Positions 7,960 through 18,765 of a DNA stretch of 64,000 nt are shown one piece after another (position 1 is the stretch's first letter; the number at the start of each line of letters is the position of its first letter). The stretch comes from Methanobacterium sp. Its GTDB lineage: Archaea > Methanobacteriota > Methanobacteria > Methanobacteriales > Methanobacteriaceae. Where the stretch lies: the NCBI RefSeq assembly GCF_038562635.1, contig NZ_JBCFBO010000001.1, positions 1,736,192 to 1,800,191 on the forward strand, in the 5' to 3' direction. Both the position numbers and the translations under genes were made by a program. The notes under the pieces were generated by a model. That model saw only the letters and a program-made list of their open reading frames with translations, was not told the origin of the DNA and did not search any database.

Positions 7960-10329
7960 ATGGAAAATGATGTAAAAAGCGAATATCAGCGAATCAGTGA
8001 CAAAATCTCATATGACGATTTCCTAAAAAGAATAGAGGACATGAAAAAGGATTATGAAGATGTAAGTTTTATGGATGAGCTTGATATTGCAAGGATGATA
8101 GTAGGAGAATATATAGACGAAGAAAACGTTCCACTTGCAAAGGACAACGAACTACGTAAAATATCCGAATTAGAGACAGGTTTGCATGATATAAGCATAA
8201 CTGGTCGGATAATGAGAATCTCCAACGCTAAAGCATTTGTAACAAAGAAAGGAAAAGAAGGTAAAGTACAAAACATTATGTTATCAGATGATACTGGGGA
8301 AATTAGAGTAGTACTCTGGACTGATAACATCAAACAACTTAAAAACTTTTCTGAAGGAGACATTGTCAAAATAAACAATGTAGAAATAAAAGATGGATAC
8401 AGAAGTGAAGAGGCCCACTTACAAGGCAGATCAACCATCGAAAAAGTTGAGGGCGAAGAAGCAGATAATTTACCAGAATATGCTGAAAAAATAACAAAAA
8501 TTGCAGACATTAAAGGCGAAATGCAGGTTAATGTAATTGCAAGAGTAGTTAGAATTTCAAGAATAAGAACCTACAACAGCAACGGCAGAGAAGGACAATT
8601 CATTACCCTGGATTTAAAGGATGATACAGGTTCAATATCCTTAACTTTATGGAATAAAGATGTTGAGATTATTAATGAAATAGAACTCAAAGAAGGAGAT
8701 TCTATAAAAATATTAGGTGCCCAAAGCCGTGTTAGAAATGATGAAGTTAATTTAACTCATTCCTGGATTGGAAGGATAATAAAAGATAATTTCGATGTTC
8801 CCGAGTATAAAGAAGAAGTTATGAAGATCGGAGACGCCCATGAAATGAAAGATGTCACTTTAATGGGAGTTGTGAGCAAAATACAGGATGCTATCACTTT
8901 TCAACGTTCAGATGGAAGTGCTGGATCTGTAAAATCAATTGTAATTTCAGATGAGACAGGTTCCATAAAAATAACTCTCTGGAATGATGATACCAAGCTC
9001 GACATCAACAAAGGAGATATCCTGAAAATCACAGGTGGAAATATTGAATTTGATGATTATTCAGAAACTGGTTACAGGGTGAACACTGGATGGAGCAGTA
9101 AAATAGTCATAAATCCAGAAGAAGACGCTGGTTTAAAAGAAGTTCTTGAGGAACACAAAAAAGAGCTTGAACCAATCAAAATTGAAGATTTACATAAACT
9201 TGAAGATGAAGGAGAAGAAGTGGATATCATTGGAAGAATGATGGATCTTTACGATGCCAATGAATTCCAAAGAGCAGATGGAACTACAGGACTTGTAAGG
9301 TCTGTTAAAATCGCTGATGACACTGGAACAGTTCGAGCATCACTATGGGATGACAAAGCAAAGCTCAGGTTAAATAGAGGCGATCTTGTAAAGATAGAAA
9401 ATGCAAAAACCAGGTTTAGAGACGACAGTGTGGAGCTTAGCATTGGAAAAACAGTTAGAATAATTAAAATAAGTGAGAATGATGCCCAGAGCCTTCCACC
9501 TATTGATGAGCTTGAAGGGGAAATGTATAAACCAATTAAAATTAGCGCTTTAGAGAACATAAAAAGTGAAAGAGACGAAGTTGGAATAATTGGACGTATA
9601 ATTAATTTATATGATGTCAATGAGTTCCAAAGGTCCAATGGAACCATGGGAATGGTCAGAACAGTAGAACTTGCTGATGATACTGGTTCTGTTAGAGCTT
9701 CATTTTGGGATGAAAAAGCTGAAATGGGGTTAAACAGAGGCGATGTAATTTGGATTAAAAATGCAAGACCAAGATTCAGAAATGATACTGTTGAACTCAG
9801 TGTTGGAAGAGCCACAATGGTAATCAAACCAAAAGATGAAGATATAGCTGCACTTCCTTCACTTGAAGAAATTGAAGAATCAATATATAAAACCAAGAAA
9901 ATTGAAGAACTTACAGAAGATGATAAAAACATCAAGTTAAGTGGACAAATTATTGAGGCATATGGAGATAGGATACTCTATGAAATGTGTCCAAATTGTA
10001 ATAAAAGAGTAGAATACGTCGATGATGCATTTGTATGTGATTTCTGCGGAGAGGAAATACAACAACCAAACTATCTCATGATAGTTCCATGTGTAATTGA
10101 AGATGACACTGGAACGGTCAGAACAACATTCTTCAGGAAACAAGCTGAAGAATTAATTGGAATGACCACTGAGAAGGCAAATGAAGTGATTATGACGACT
10201 GCAGATGAAGGATCACTTGCAGGAAAAGTCGAAGACCTGATTGGCAGCGAGATTACTGTAATCGCAGATGCAAGCTTCGATGAATACAATGAGGAAATAA
10301 GGCTCATTGCAAAGAAGATAGTAAAATAG
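7960..10329 (+). CDS. rpa: Replication protein A (ssDNA-binding), six OB folds plus a C-terminal zinc ribbon
   Basis: 789 aa. Six repeats carry a DDTG-x-(I/V)-x3-(L/F)W motif: LSDDTGEIRVVLW, LKDDTGSISLTLW, ISDETGSIKITLW, IADDTGTVRASLW, LADDTGSVRASFW, IEDDTGTVRTTFF. A Cys4 motif CPNCNKRV...CDFCGEE follows. Confidence 0.85.
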   Translation: MENDVKSEYQRISDKISYDDFLKRIEDMKKDYEDVSFMDELDIARMIVGEYIDEENVPLAKDNELRKISELETGLHDISITGRIMRISNAKAFVTKKGKEGKVQNIMLSDDTGEIRVVLWTDNIKQLKNFSEGDIVKINNVEIKDGYRSEEAHLQGRSTIEKVEGEEADNLPEYAEKITKIADIKGEMQVNVIARVVRISRIRTYNSNGREGQFITLDLKDDTGSISLTLWNKDVEIINEIELKEGDSIKILGAQSRVRNDEVNLTHSWIGRIIKDNFDVPEYKEEVMKIGDAHEMKDVTLMGVVSKIQDAITFQRSDGSAGSVKSIVISDETGSIKITLWNDDTKLDINKGDILKITGGNIEFDDYSETGYRVNTGWSSKIVINPEEDAGLKEVLEEHKKELEPIKIEDLHKLEDEGEEVDIIGRMMDLYDANEFQRADGTTGLVRSVKIADDTGTVRASLWDDKAKLRLNRGDLVKIENAKTRFRDDSVELSIGKTVRIIKISENDAQSLPPIDELEGEMYKPIKISALENIKSERDEVGIIGRIINLYDVNEFQRSNGTMGMVRTVELADDTGSVRASFWDEKAEMGLNRGDVIWIKNARPRFRNDTVELSVGRATMVIKPKDEDIAALPSLEEIEESIYKTKKIEELTEDDKNIKLSGQIIEAYGDRILYEMCPNCNKRVEYVDDAFVCDFCGEEIQQPNYLMIVPCVIEDDTGTVRTTFFRKQAEELIGMTTEKANEVIMTTADEGSLAGKVEDLIGSEITVIADASFDEYNEEIRLIAKKIVK

Positions 10330-10401
10330 GAAATAAGTTCAAAAATGAATAAGGCAACAGGTGCAGTTTTAAAATATAGAACTTAGATTCCAAAAACTCC
10401 T

Positions 10402-10455
10402 CAAAAAATCTATTCAGATTTTTTGGGCGCTTGAAAAATGTTATACATTTTTCAA
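10402..10455. repeat. A/T-tract mini-hairpin pair
   Basis: CAAAAAATC-tattca-GATTTTTTG (10402-10425) and TTGAAAAATG-ttata-CATTTTTCAA (10431-10455), located between rpa and radA. Confidence 0.85.
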
Positions 10456-10486
10456 CTAATTTTACAAACTTTAAAGGAGAATCAAA

Positions 10487-11422
10487 ATGGTCGAATTAGG
10501 AGATTTACCCGGTGTTGGGGAAAAAACTGCTCAAAAGTTGATAGATGCAGGTTTTGCAGACATGATGAGACTTGCAACAGCAACTGCCAAAGAACTCAGT
10601 GTAAAAGCTGAAATCGGTGAAGGGGTCGCTGAAAAGGTCATTGAAGCTGCAAGGAAAGCTGAATCAATTGATTTTGAAACCGCTTTTGATGTGATGGAAC
10701 GTAGGAAAGACATAGGTAGAATAACCTGTGGAAGTACTGCTCTTGATGAACTCATTGGTGGTGGAATCGAAACACAATCCATAACAGAAGTATTTGGTGA
10801 ATTCGGTTCAGGAAAAAGTCAGATATCTCATGAACTTGCAGTTACAGTACAGCTTCCAGAAGAAAAAGGCGGTCTTGATGCAGAATGTGTCTTCATAGAT
10901 ACAGAAAACACATTTAGGCCAGAAAGGATAGAGCAAATTGCAGGAGGATTTGAACTTGATAATGAAGAAGTACTGCAGAAAATACACATTGCAAGAGCCT
11001 TTAATTCAAGTCACCAAATCCTGATGGCAGACAAAATAAACGAGTTAATCCAAAGTGGAACAAATATAAAACTGGTTATAGTAGATTCTTTAACTGCGCA
11101 CTTTAGAGCAGAATACGTAGGAAGGGAAACACTTGCAACAAGGCAACAAAAACTAAACCAGCACCTCCACACGTTACAAAATATTGCAAACACCTACAAT
11201 GTAGCAGTGTTTGTTACAAACCAGGTGCAGGCAAGACCTGACGCTTTCTTTGGAAGCCCAACAAAAGCTGTCGGAGGTCACGTGCTTGGACACGCTGCAA
11301 CCTACAGAATATGGCTTAAAAAGGGCCTTGCTGGAAAACGAATTGCAAGACTCGTAGACAGTCCTCATTTACCTGAAGGTGAATCTGTATTCAAGATAGT
11401 AACTGAAGGTATTGTTGATTAA
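10487..11422 (+). CDS. radA: DNA repair and recombination protein RadA
   Basis: 311 aa with an HhH N-domain ([12 protein letters not shown]), Walker [10 protein letters not shown] and Walker [16 protein letters not shown] lies upstream. Confidence 0.95.
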   Translation: MVELGDLPGVGEKTAQKLIDAGFADMMRLATATAKELSVKAEIGEGVAEKVIEAARKAESIDFETAFDVMERRKDIGRITCGSTALDELIGGGIETQSITEVFGEFGSGKSQISHELAVTVQLPEEKGGLDAECVFIDTENTFRPERIEQIAGGFELDNEEVLQKIHIARAFNSSHQILMADKINELIQSGTNIKLVIVDSLTAHFRAEYVGRETLATRQQKLNQHLHTLQNIANTYNVAVFVTNQVQARPDAFFGSPTKAVGGHVLGHAATYRIWLKKGLAGKRIARLVDSPHLPEGESVFKIVTEGIVD

Positions 11423-11898
11423 GTTACAATGTGAAATAGCATGATAACATTTCATGCCTATTTTCTTCTTATTTTTTGAATTTGTTTTTCAATTAAAAAT
11501 TGAGATATAAACTTGTTTTAAAAACATAAAAATACAAATTACTAACTTCTTTTTGCCCAAATTCTATAAAATCCTTTAAAATTATAAGTAATAATTATTT
11601 CAGGATAGTATTAACCTATTAAGTACAAAAGTAGATACAATAAAAAAGTTTATTTTTAATAAAGTATTACATTTAATTAGAGAAAAATTATCTAAGAAAG
11701 TGCATACTTAACTCATTTATAATTCGCCAATAATCTAAAGACACCACTTAAAACAATTATTAAAGTCATTTAGCACAATAATTGACTTAAAATCCAATAA
11801 AACTTAAAATAAATCACGCATTAATACTTGCAGGAACTTTACTCACTTATTTCAGTTAAATAGATAGTTTCATCCATAAATTTTGAAAGGGGGTATTT

Positions 11899-13260
11899 AT
11901 GGACATGAGTCTAATTAAAAAATTAAGGCTTTCTTTATCGATCATAACCGGTAAGTTAGTAAGATTTGGGCTTAAAACAACAGGAAGGACCGCTACAGCA
12001 TTACCTGGGAATATTGCGCTTAGAATAGAACCAGATCTTCTGAAAATCGTGAATGAAAGATGTAAAAAGAAAGTTATTGTAACTGGTACAAATGGTAAAA
12101 CTACCACAAATAACTTAATTGCCCATATATTAGGGGGCAATTTTAAAAATGTCCTCTCAAACTTGAGGGGTGCAAATATGCCCCAAGGCATTGCAAGCAG
12201 TTTTATCGAAAACAATAAGGACGAATACGATTGGGGAGTCTTCGAAGTAGATGAAGGCTCTTTTACAAGAATAATGAGAGATATTGAACCAGATTATATC
12301 GTTGTGACCAACTTTTTCAGGGACCAGCTCGACAGATATGGGGAAATAGAAAACACTGTATCCATGGTTTATGAAACCATTAAACCTTTAAATACATCCC
12401 TTATTTTAAATGCAGACGACCCACTTGTATCTAAATTTAAAAATTTAAATAAAAATAATATATTCTACGGGATTAAAAAGAATAAATTCAGCAGCAAAAA
12501 TGAAAAAATAGTGGAAACACGAAATTGTCCATCATGCAACAGTTATATTGATTATGAATATTTTAACTATGGACAATTAGGCAGTTACAACTGTAAAGAA
12601 TGTGGATTTAAAAATCCCTATTATGATTATTACATTGAAAATATCAATTATAAGGATAACAAATATTGTTTTGATATTAATACTGCTAAAGAAACATTTA
12701 AAGATACATGTTTTGAGTACGAAGGAATTTACAACATTTATAATTGTTGCGCAGCATTTACGTTTAGCTGCGAAATAGGAATTGGACCATCTGAAATTAT
12801 TCATAGGATGGAAAATTTTGACTATAAACTAGGAAGAATGGAAGAAATTAAATTTAGAGACAAAATCATAAAAATTGTGCTAACTAAAAATCCCATTGGA
12901 CTTACAGAAGTAATTAAAAGCATATCCCATGATAAAAGAAGAAAAGCCATTCTTTTTATTTTAAATGATAATCCCGCAGATGGCCAGGATATCTCATGGA
13001 TATGGGATGCAGGGCTAAGCAAATTCAAGAACATCGAAAACTTAAAAAAAATCTATTGTTCTGGAAAAAGGGCCGAAGATATTGCACTAAGAATTGAATA
13101 CGCCCATATTCCTACAGAAATTATAAAAATAGATGATGACATGCAGGAATCAATCAAAGAAACAGTTCATGAAGATGTTGAAATTGCATATATACTGCCC
13201 ACATACACAGCAGTTTTCGAGACCAGGGACATGGTACTAAATTTAACACATGGCAAGTAA
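11899..13260 (+). CDS. Mur-ligase family protein with MurT architecture
   Basis: 453 aa with the ATP site VTGTNGKTTTNNL, a Cys4 ribbon CPSC...CKEC, and a C-terminal DUF1727-like region. Confidence 0.7.
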   Translation: MDMSLIKKLRLSLSIITGKLVRFGLKTTGRTATALPGNIALRIEPDLLKIVNERCKKKVIVTGTNGKTTTNNLIAHILGGNFKNVLSNLRGANMPQGIASSFIENNKDEYDWGVFEVDEGSFTRIMRDIEPDYIVVTNFFRDQLDRYGEIENTVSMVYETIKPLNTSLILNADDPLVSKFKNLNKNNIFYGIKKNKFSSKNEKIVETRNCPSCNSYIDYEYFNYGQLGSYNCKECGFKNPYYDYYIENINYKDNKYCFDINTAKETFKDTCFEYEGIYNIYNCCAAFTFSCEIGIGPSEIIHRMENFDYKLGRMEEIKFRDKIIKIVLTKNPIGLTEVIKSISHDKRRKAILFILNDNPADGQDISWIWDAGLSKFKNIENLKKIYCSGKRAEDIALRIEYAHIPTEIIKIDDDMQESIKETVHEDVEIAYILPTYTAVFETRDMVLNLTHGK

Positions 13261-13361
13261 CCACGATAAACTGTTGAAACTACTCACATATTACATGTCT
13301 TGACAGAAGTTTCCTAGATTAAGGATTCCTATTAAATTTAATGTTACGTGGAGGATAAATT

Positions 13362-14087
13362 ATGGAATTAAATATATACCATATGTATCCAGATATTCTA
13401 AATTTGTATGGAGACATTGGTAATGTAATCTGCCTGAAAAGGAGATGCGAATGGAGAGGGATTACTCCCCATATAATTAATTTTAGCTTAAATGAGGAGA
13501 AACATGATTTAAGTGAAGGAGATATCTTTTTTATAGGCGGCGGATCGGATAGAGGCCAGGGAATAGTATATTCTGATTTTTTAAAATATAAAGATTCTTT
13601 TAAAGATATTATCGAAGATTACGGTGTTGTCCTTGCTATATGCGGAGGATATCAACTTTTAGGTGAGAAATATATTGATAATGAAGGTAAAGAAGTCTCT
13701 GGTCTTGAGATATTCAATTATTCGACTGTAAGTGAAGAAGGAAGACTAATTGGGAATGTTATAATTGAAAATCAATTAGGATTAACTCCTAAAACTATTG
13801 TAGGGTTTGAAAATCATGGTGGAAGGACATACAGCGACTATAACCCTTTAGGGTTAGTAAAATCAGGATATGGAAATAATGGAAAAGATAAAAAAGAAGG
13901 TATAGTCTATAAAAACTGCATAGGTACCTATCTTCATGGCCCCATACTTCCAAAAAACCCGCATTTAGCTGATTACTTAATTTTAAAAGCATTACAAAGA
14001 AAGTACGAAGTTGAAAAATTACAGTCTTTAAATGATGACTTTGAAAATTTAGCCCATAAAAAAGTAATAAAACTTTACTGTAGATAA
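13362..14087 (+). CDS. CobQ/CobB-type glutamine amidotransferase, GatD-like partner of MurT
   Basis: 241 aa with the nucleophile elbow LAICGGYQLLG and the His region GTYLHGP. GGAGG lies upstream. The gene sits immediately downstream of the MurT-like gene. Confidence 0.7.
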   Translation: MELNIYHMYPDILNLYGDIGNVICLKRRCEWRGITPHIINFSLNEEKHDLSEGDIFFIGGGSDRGQGIVYSDFLKYKDSFKDIIEDYGVVLAICGGYQLLGEKYIDNEGKEVSGLEIFNYSTVSEEGRLIGNVIIENQLGLTPKTIVGFENHGGRTYSDYNPLGLVKSGYGNNGKDKKEGIVYKNCIGTYLHGPILPKNPHLADYLILKALQRKYEVEKLQSLNDDFENLAHKKVIKLYCR

Positions 14088-14127
14088 TATTTTTTTATAA
14101 AATAAAAAGCGGCCAATGTGATATGAT

Positions 14128-14901
14128 ATGTGTGAACTGCTGGGATTATCATTTAATACACATGTAAGGCCTAATCTGTCTTTTAAAGGATTTCGCCTTA
14201 GAGGTAAAGCAAATCCTGATGGATGGGGCATATCTTTTTACCCAGATAAATCTACACAGATTATAAAAGAGCCTTTAGAAGCTGAAGAAAGCTTATTATC
14301 CGAATTTATCGAACTTTATCCTAAAATTAAATCAAAAATATTTGTTGCACATGTAAGACTAAATAGCGCCGCACCGCCTGCACATATGAATACTCATCCC
14401 TTTGGACGTGAATTAAACGGCATAAGTTTTGCTTTTGCACATAATGGAAATCTAACTAATTATCAAAAAGATTTTGACATTTCTACTTTTAAACCGATTG
14501 GTGAAACTGATTCTGAAGCTGCTTTCTGCCATTTACTCAACAGAATAAAGGAAAAAAAGATTAAATTTTTTGATAATTCCAGTTATAGATGGTTACTTGA
14601 TGAATTAAGGCATATCAACAATTATGGCAAATTTAACTGTATTTTTTCAGATGGCAAACATTTATTCTGTTATTATGACATGAACGGATTTAACAGCCTA
14701 TTCTACCTTCACCGCGAGGCCCCCTACCACCATACACATCTTTCAGATGAACATTTTGATATACATCTTAAAGAACAAAAATCAACTGAAAAAGAAGGAT
14801 ATATAATAGCTACACGACCTTTAACTGATGAAAAATGGCAAAAGTTTGAGCCAGGGGAACTTAAAATCCTGAAAAATGGCAAAATAATTCGTAATGAGTG
14901 A
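14128..14901 (+). CDS. Class II (Ntn) glutamine amidotransferase, YafJ-like
   Basis: 257 aa with the N-terminal MCELLG (Cys2 nucleophile), HVRLNS...HPF and FAHNGNL. Confidence 0.7.
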   Translation: MCELLGLSFNTHVRPNLSFKGFRLRGKANPDGWGISFYPDKSTQIIKEPLEAEESLLSEFIELYPKIKSKIFVAHVRLNSAAPPAHMNTHPFGRELNGISFAFAHNGNLTNYQKDFDISTFKPIGETDSEAAFCHLLNRIKEKKIKFFDNSSYRWLLDELRHINNYGKFNCIFSDGKHLFCYYDMNGFNSLFYLHREAPYHHTHLSDEHFDIHLKEQKSTEKEGYIIATRPLTDEKWQKFEPGELKILKNGKIIRNE

Positions 14902-15090
14902 GATTTAATATTCCCCCGAGTTGTTAAATTTATTATTTAAACTAACAAGATACATTCGATTTATTAATGATAAATCACAATTTATAATATAGAACCTGTT
15001 TTAAAGCCGTGAATTATTTTTAGTTTTCAAATGCATTTAAAAAAAGCTAAATTAGTATTTAACCATTATTAATAGTGTTAAGGGAATTAT

Positions 15091-15993
15091 ATGAACTCAG
15101 TTGAAACCATTATCCCCATCATAGCCATGATTCTTCTTGGTTATGTCTTAAAAAGAACCAATGTTTTAAAGGCGGAAGACGCAGTATCTCTAAATAAAAT
15201 TGTGATAAATATTGCAATTCCATCACTCATATTCCTTGCAATATACAAAGTAAATTTATCTATTCTTCCACTTATAGTTCCAATTCCAATTATATGCATA
15301 TCTGTTGGAATAATTTCTGGTTTAATTGCTTATTTGATTTTAACTCTTAAAAATTACCCAAATAAAACTAAATGGAGTGTTGTATCAACTAGTGCTCTTT
15401 TTAATTCTGGTTTTCTTGGATACCCTGTTGTGCTAGGTGTTTTCGGAACAGATGGATTTATAAGAGCTATTTTCTATGATATGGGCTCTATGATCCTTTT
15501 TATAAGTTTTGGAATATTCTTCCTTTTAATGCTAGGTGGAAAATATTCAGATATTTTAAAAAGATCACTCCTGTTTCCTCCACTTTGGGGAATTATCATG
15601 GGTCTCCTGTTAAATTTTTTAAATATACCACTTGGATATGTAATTACACAAACATTAACTTACTTAAGTGGCGCTGCCATACCTCTTATAATGATATCCT
15701 TAGGGTTATCTATGGAATTTAGAGGAATTAAAGAACATATTGGACTTGCATCATTAGTATCCTCCATAAAATTAGGTATAGCTCCATTAATAGCATTTAT
15801 AATTGTCCTTATTCTAGGTATGGGTGGCCTTGAAAAATCAGTTACAGTTTTAGAAGCAGGAATGCCCTCAGCAATGCTCGCACTTGTTCTGGCCATTACC
15901 TATGAGCTAGACATAAAAGTATCAGCAGCATGTATCTTTTTAAGTACTGTACTGAGTATGATAACTCTCCCTATACTATTATTTTTAGTATGA
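15091..15993 (+). CDS. AEC (auxin efflux carrier) family permease
   Basis: 300 aa with about 10 TM helices. The N-terminus IIPIIAMILLGYVLKRTNVLKAEDAVSLNKIVINIAIPSLIF is typical of the AEC family. Confidence 0.7.
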   Translation: MNSVETIIPIIAMILLGYVLKRTNVLKAEDAVSLNKIVINIAIPSLIFLAIYKVNLSILPLIVPIPIICISVGIISGLIAYLILTLKNYPNKTKWSVVSTSALFNSGFLGYPVVLGVFGTDGFIRAIFYDMGSMILFISFGIFFLLMLGGKYSDILKRSLLFPPLWGIIMGLLLNFLNIPLGYVITQTLTYLSGAAIPLIMISLGLSMEFRGIKEHIGLASLVSSIKLGIAPLIAFIIVLILGMGGLEKSVTVLEAGMPSAMLALVLAITYELDIKVSAACIFLSTVLSMITLPILLFLV

Positions 15994-16151
15994 GACTACA
16001 GAATTTGAAGTGATTTAGGGCTTAATTTGGTGTTTCATAAAGAAAATGAACATTATACTATCAAAAATATAAAAAAAATAGAATTAATTTTAATTAAAAA
16101 TTTCGATGTATTCGTCAAATTGGACTGTAAACTCCATAAAGCTGGTTTTCT

Positions 16152-16985
16152 TTATCCTAAAAAGTTCAGGAGCTCACGGTTAACTTCTTCAGTATGTGTC
16201 CAAGCAATACCATGTGGCCCATCTTTTATTACCACTAATTTACTGTCTTTCACAAAATCAGGCATACGTTTTCCAGAATTAGGGAAAGGAACAATTCGAT
16301 CCTGATCACCATGAATTATTAGTGTTGGCACATCAATACGCTTGACATCTTCTCTGAAGTCTACTCCCCATGTGTCTACACAATCAATTGACCCTTTCAT
16401 TGAAGCTTCGACTGCAGTATTCCAGCTTGCCTGATATGCATGTTTACTGACTCGTTTACCTTCGAAAACATCCATATTGTAGAAGTCTGTGCAGAATTTA
16501 GTCATAAATGCTGGCCGATCCTCAGTAACTGCGTTTTTAAGCTCCTTAAAAAGACTTTCATCTAATCCTTCAGGGTTATCATCAGCCTTACGAAGGAAAG
16601 GAGTGACTGAAGAGATAAGAACAACTTTACTTACATCTCCAGTTCCATATTTTCCAATATATCGAGCGATCTCTTCACCCCCCATTGAATGACTGACCAA
16701 TGCAAAATCATGTAAATTTAGTTCAGCAATAAGCTTATGCAGGTCTTCAGCAAATGTATCAGGGTCATAACCTGACCAGGGTTGGCTGGAATTTCCAAAT
16801 CCTCTTCGGTCATAGGTGATAACGCGATAACCTGCATCAAGTAGTGCAGGTATCTGCTTCTCCCATGCACGGCTACTTAATGGATAACCATGAATTAAAA
16901 TTATCGGTTTTCCTTCACCATAATCTTCATAATGTAAATTTATATCGCCTGAATTTCCTTTACCTACTTTAATAAACGGACACAT
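16152..16985 (-). CDS. Alpha/beta hydrolase, non-haem haloperoxidase/arylesterase-like
   Basis: 277 aa with LIHGYPLSSRAWEKQ, the nucleophile elbow SHSMGG, and IIHGDQDRIVP. Confidence 0.75.
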   Translation of the reverse strand: MCPFIKVGKGNSGDINLHYEDYGEGKPIILIHGYPLSSRAWEKQIPALLDAGYRVITYDRRGFGNSSQPWSGYDPDTFAEDLHKLIAELNLHDFALVSHSMGGEEIARYIGKYGTGDVSKVVLISSVTPFLRKADDNPEGLDESLFKELKNAVTEDRPAFMTKFCTDFYNMDVFEGKRVSKHAYQASWNTAVEASMKGSIDCVDTWGVDFREDVKRIDVPTLIIHGDQDRIVPFPNSGKRMPDFVKDSKLVVIKDGPHGIAWTHTEEVNRELLNFLG

Positions 16986-17381
16986 TTATTTACCTCCACT
17001 TTTATTTATACATGTTTAGGCCCAATATTCTAATGAATAAAGCTTTTATAAACGATTTAACTGAGTATACAAAGTTTAAAGATATTGCACCTATTATAAT
17101 TAAGATATTAAAACTATTAAAAACTTATTATTTTTTAAAGTATAAGTATTACTGACAACTATTCATGTCCCCATAAATGAGCCAGTTAACTATAACACAG
17201 AAAAAATAACGCATTAAAACAAGCCTGATTTCAATAAAAAATCTATTTAAATTAGTTTTTTAAACCTGAAACCCATTCAACAGCTAGTTTTAGAGAACAA
17301 CTAATTCTATGAAAATAAATCAATTAAAAGTAATATATCTAAATTCAATTTAAATCTTCAAAATGAAAAATAAAAATAAAT

Positions 17382-17816
17382 TTAGAGGTAAGACTTTACG
17401 TACCTGGATTTTTCATCTCTTATTTTATCCAGTATATACTTTTCATTATCCTCATTTATTATTTCTTTGGCCTTAGGAAAAATTTCTTTTTCTTCTTCAT
17501 CGATATGAAGCTCTATAATCTCTTGAAGTACTCCCATTTTAGGCATCCATCGTTCGTCGCTTTTATCCAGTTTATCTAATTCATAGATCAATTTTTTGCC
17601 AAGTTCATGTTCCTCATATCTTTCAAGGACCATGAATGATTCTTTTTTCCTGAGTGCTGGATAAAAATATATCTCTTCTCCCAGCATATGGGATTCCCAT
17701 TCTTTTTGGATTTTAGGAAATTGTGAAGGGTCCTTATTTTGTATAGTTTCCCTCAAAAGATTCTTTATATTATCATGGTCATTCTTTAGTAATTCATAAA
17801 CATTATTTTCTGCCAT
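17382..17816 (-). CDS. Hemerythrin-like (HHE cation-binding) domain protein
   Basis: 144 aa with LKNDHDNIKNLL, HMLGEEIYFYP and HIDEEEKEIFP. Confidence 0.65.
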   Translation of the reverse strand: MAENNVYELLKNDHDNIKNLLRETIQNKDPSQFPKIQKEWESHMLGEEIYFYPALRKKESFMVLERYEEHELGKKLIYELDKLDKSDERWMPKMGVLQEIIELHIDEEEKEIFPKAKEIINEDNEKYILDKIRDEKSRYVKSYL

Positions 17817-18127
17817 TTAATCACCTTCTCAAAATCTTTGATTTTTTGTGGTCCCAAAACCTACGATTTTTCATAGCTTTGATTTAATTTAAGGGAACTT
17901 TTTTCTAAATTTTTATACATTAATAGATCTGAACTTTAGTAGTAATATTTTTTACTTAATTATTAGTAACATTTTTAAAGTATGCTATTCAAAAGTATAG
18001 CTCAAACACAGTTACAAAATTAAAATCATATATAATCAATTATTTTAATCAATAAACGTTTTTTTTAATGGCTAATTTAAAGTTATCTTATCTTATGAGA
18101 TAACACTATAAAAGAGAGGTGATAATT

Positions 18128-18331
18128 ATGGCACGACGTGGTGGAATGACTACAGAAATACAACAGGCATTAAAGGGTATGGATTACCCTGCAAGTAAAC
18201 AAGAGTTAATGCAACAGGCCCAAAAGAATAATGCAAGTCAAAATGTTATGCAAGCCATAGAAAATCTACCCGAACAAAAATTTAACTCACCTACTGATGT
18301 TCAAAAAGCATGGGGACAAGAAAAGAGATAA
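18128..18331 (+). CDS. DUF2795 family small protein
   Basis: MARRGGMTTEIQQALKGMDYPASKQELMQQAQKNNASQNVMQAIENLPEQKFNSPTDVQKAW. I prefer the ATG at 18128 (GAGAGGTGAT upstream) over the track's GTG at 18119. Confidence 0.6.
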   Translation: MARRGGMTTEIQQALKGMDYPASKQELMQQAQKNNASQNVMQAIENLPEQKFNSPTDVQKAWGQEKR

Positions 18332-18765
18332 AATGTGGGATTAATTCCCACAATTCCTACTTTTCTTATTTTATATTCTAAAATAAATCATTAATGATTT
18401 AATTATTTTAAATTATTTAATATTAAATTTCATTTTTTAAATCAAGTTAAAATACACCACAATTGATTGAGGATCTGCTCGTTTAATACATGTTAAAATT
18501 TATACCCCCTTATAAAAAAAGAGACAGTTAATAGTTTTGCAAAATTTAATAATAAAAATGAAATCCGATGAGTATTTTTATTAAGTACAAAAGCGAACAA
18601 TACTTTTATTAAATAAATTTCCCTTACGGGAAAAACAGCAGGTCTTCAATGTTCTCATATATAAACTTTGTATAAAAAAATAAATAGAAAAGTTTATCTG
18701 TATCATTGATAGACCTACACCCATATACATAAAAATCATTCATCACACATGTGAAAGGTGATCTA

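Noticed and set aside
9249-9935. Long antisense ORFs inside rpa (228 aa), hdrA (20352-20690), ileS (33096-33527, 34296-34604), purL, csd and others
   Set aside because: These are shadow ORFs opposite well-supported genes. They are Ser/Leu/Ile-rich with no motifs.
16027-16305. 92-aa ORF; also 46284-46523, 43930-44151 and 49226-49426
   Set aside because: These are AT-rich chance ORFs. They overlap a better-supported gene on the other strand or sit in promoter regions, and have no motifs or Shine-Dalgarno.
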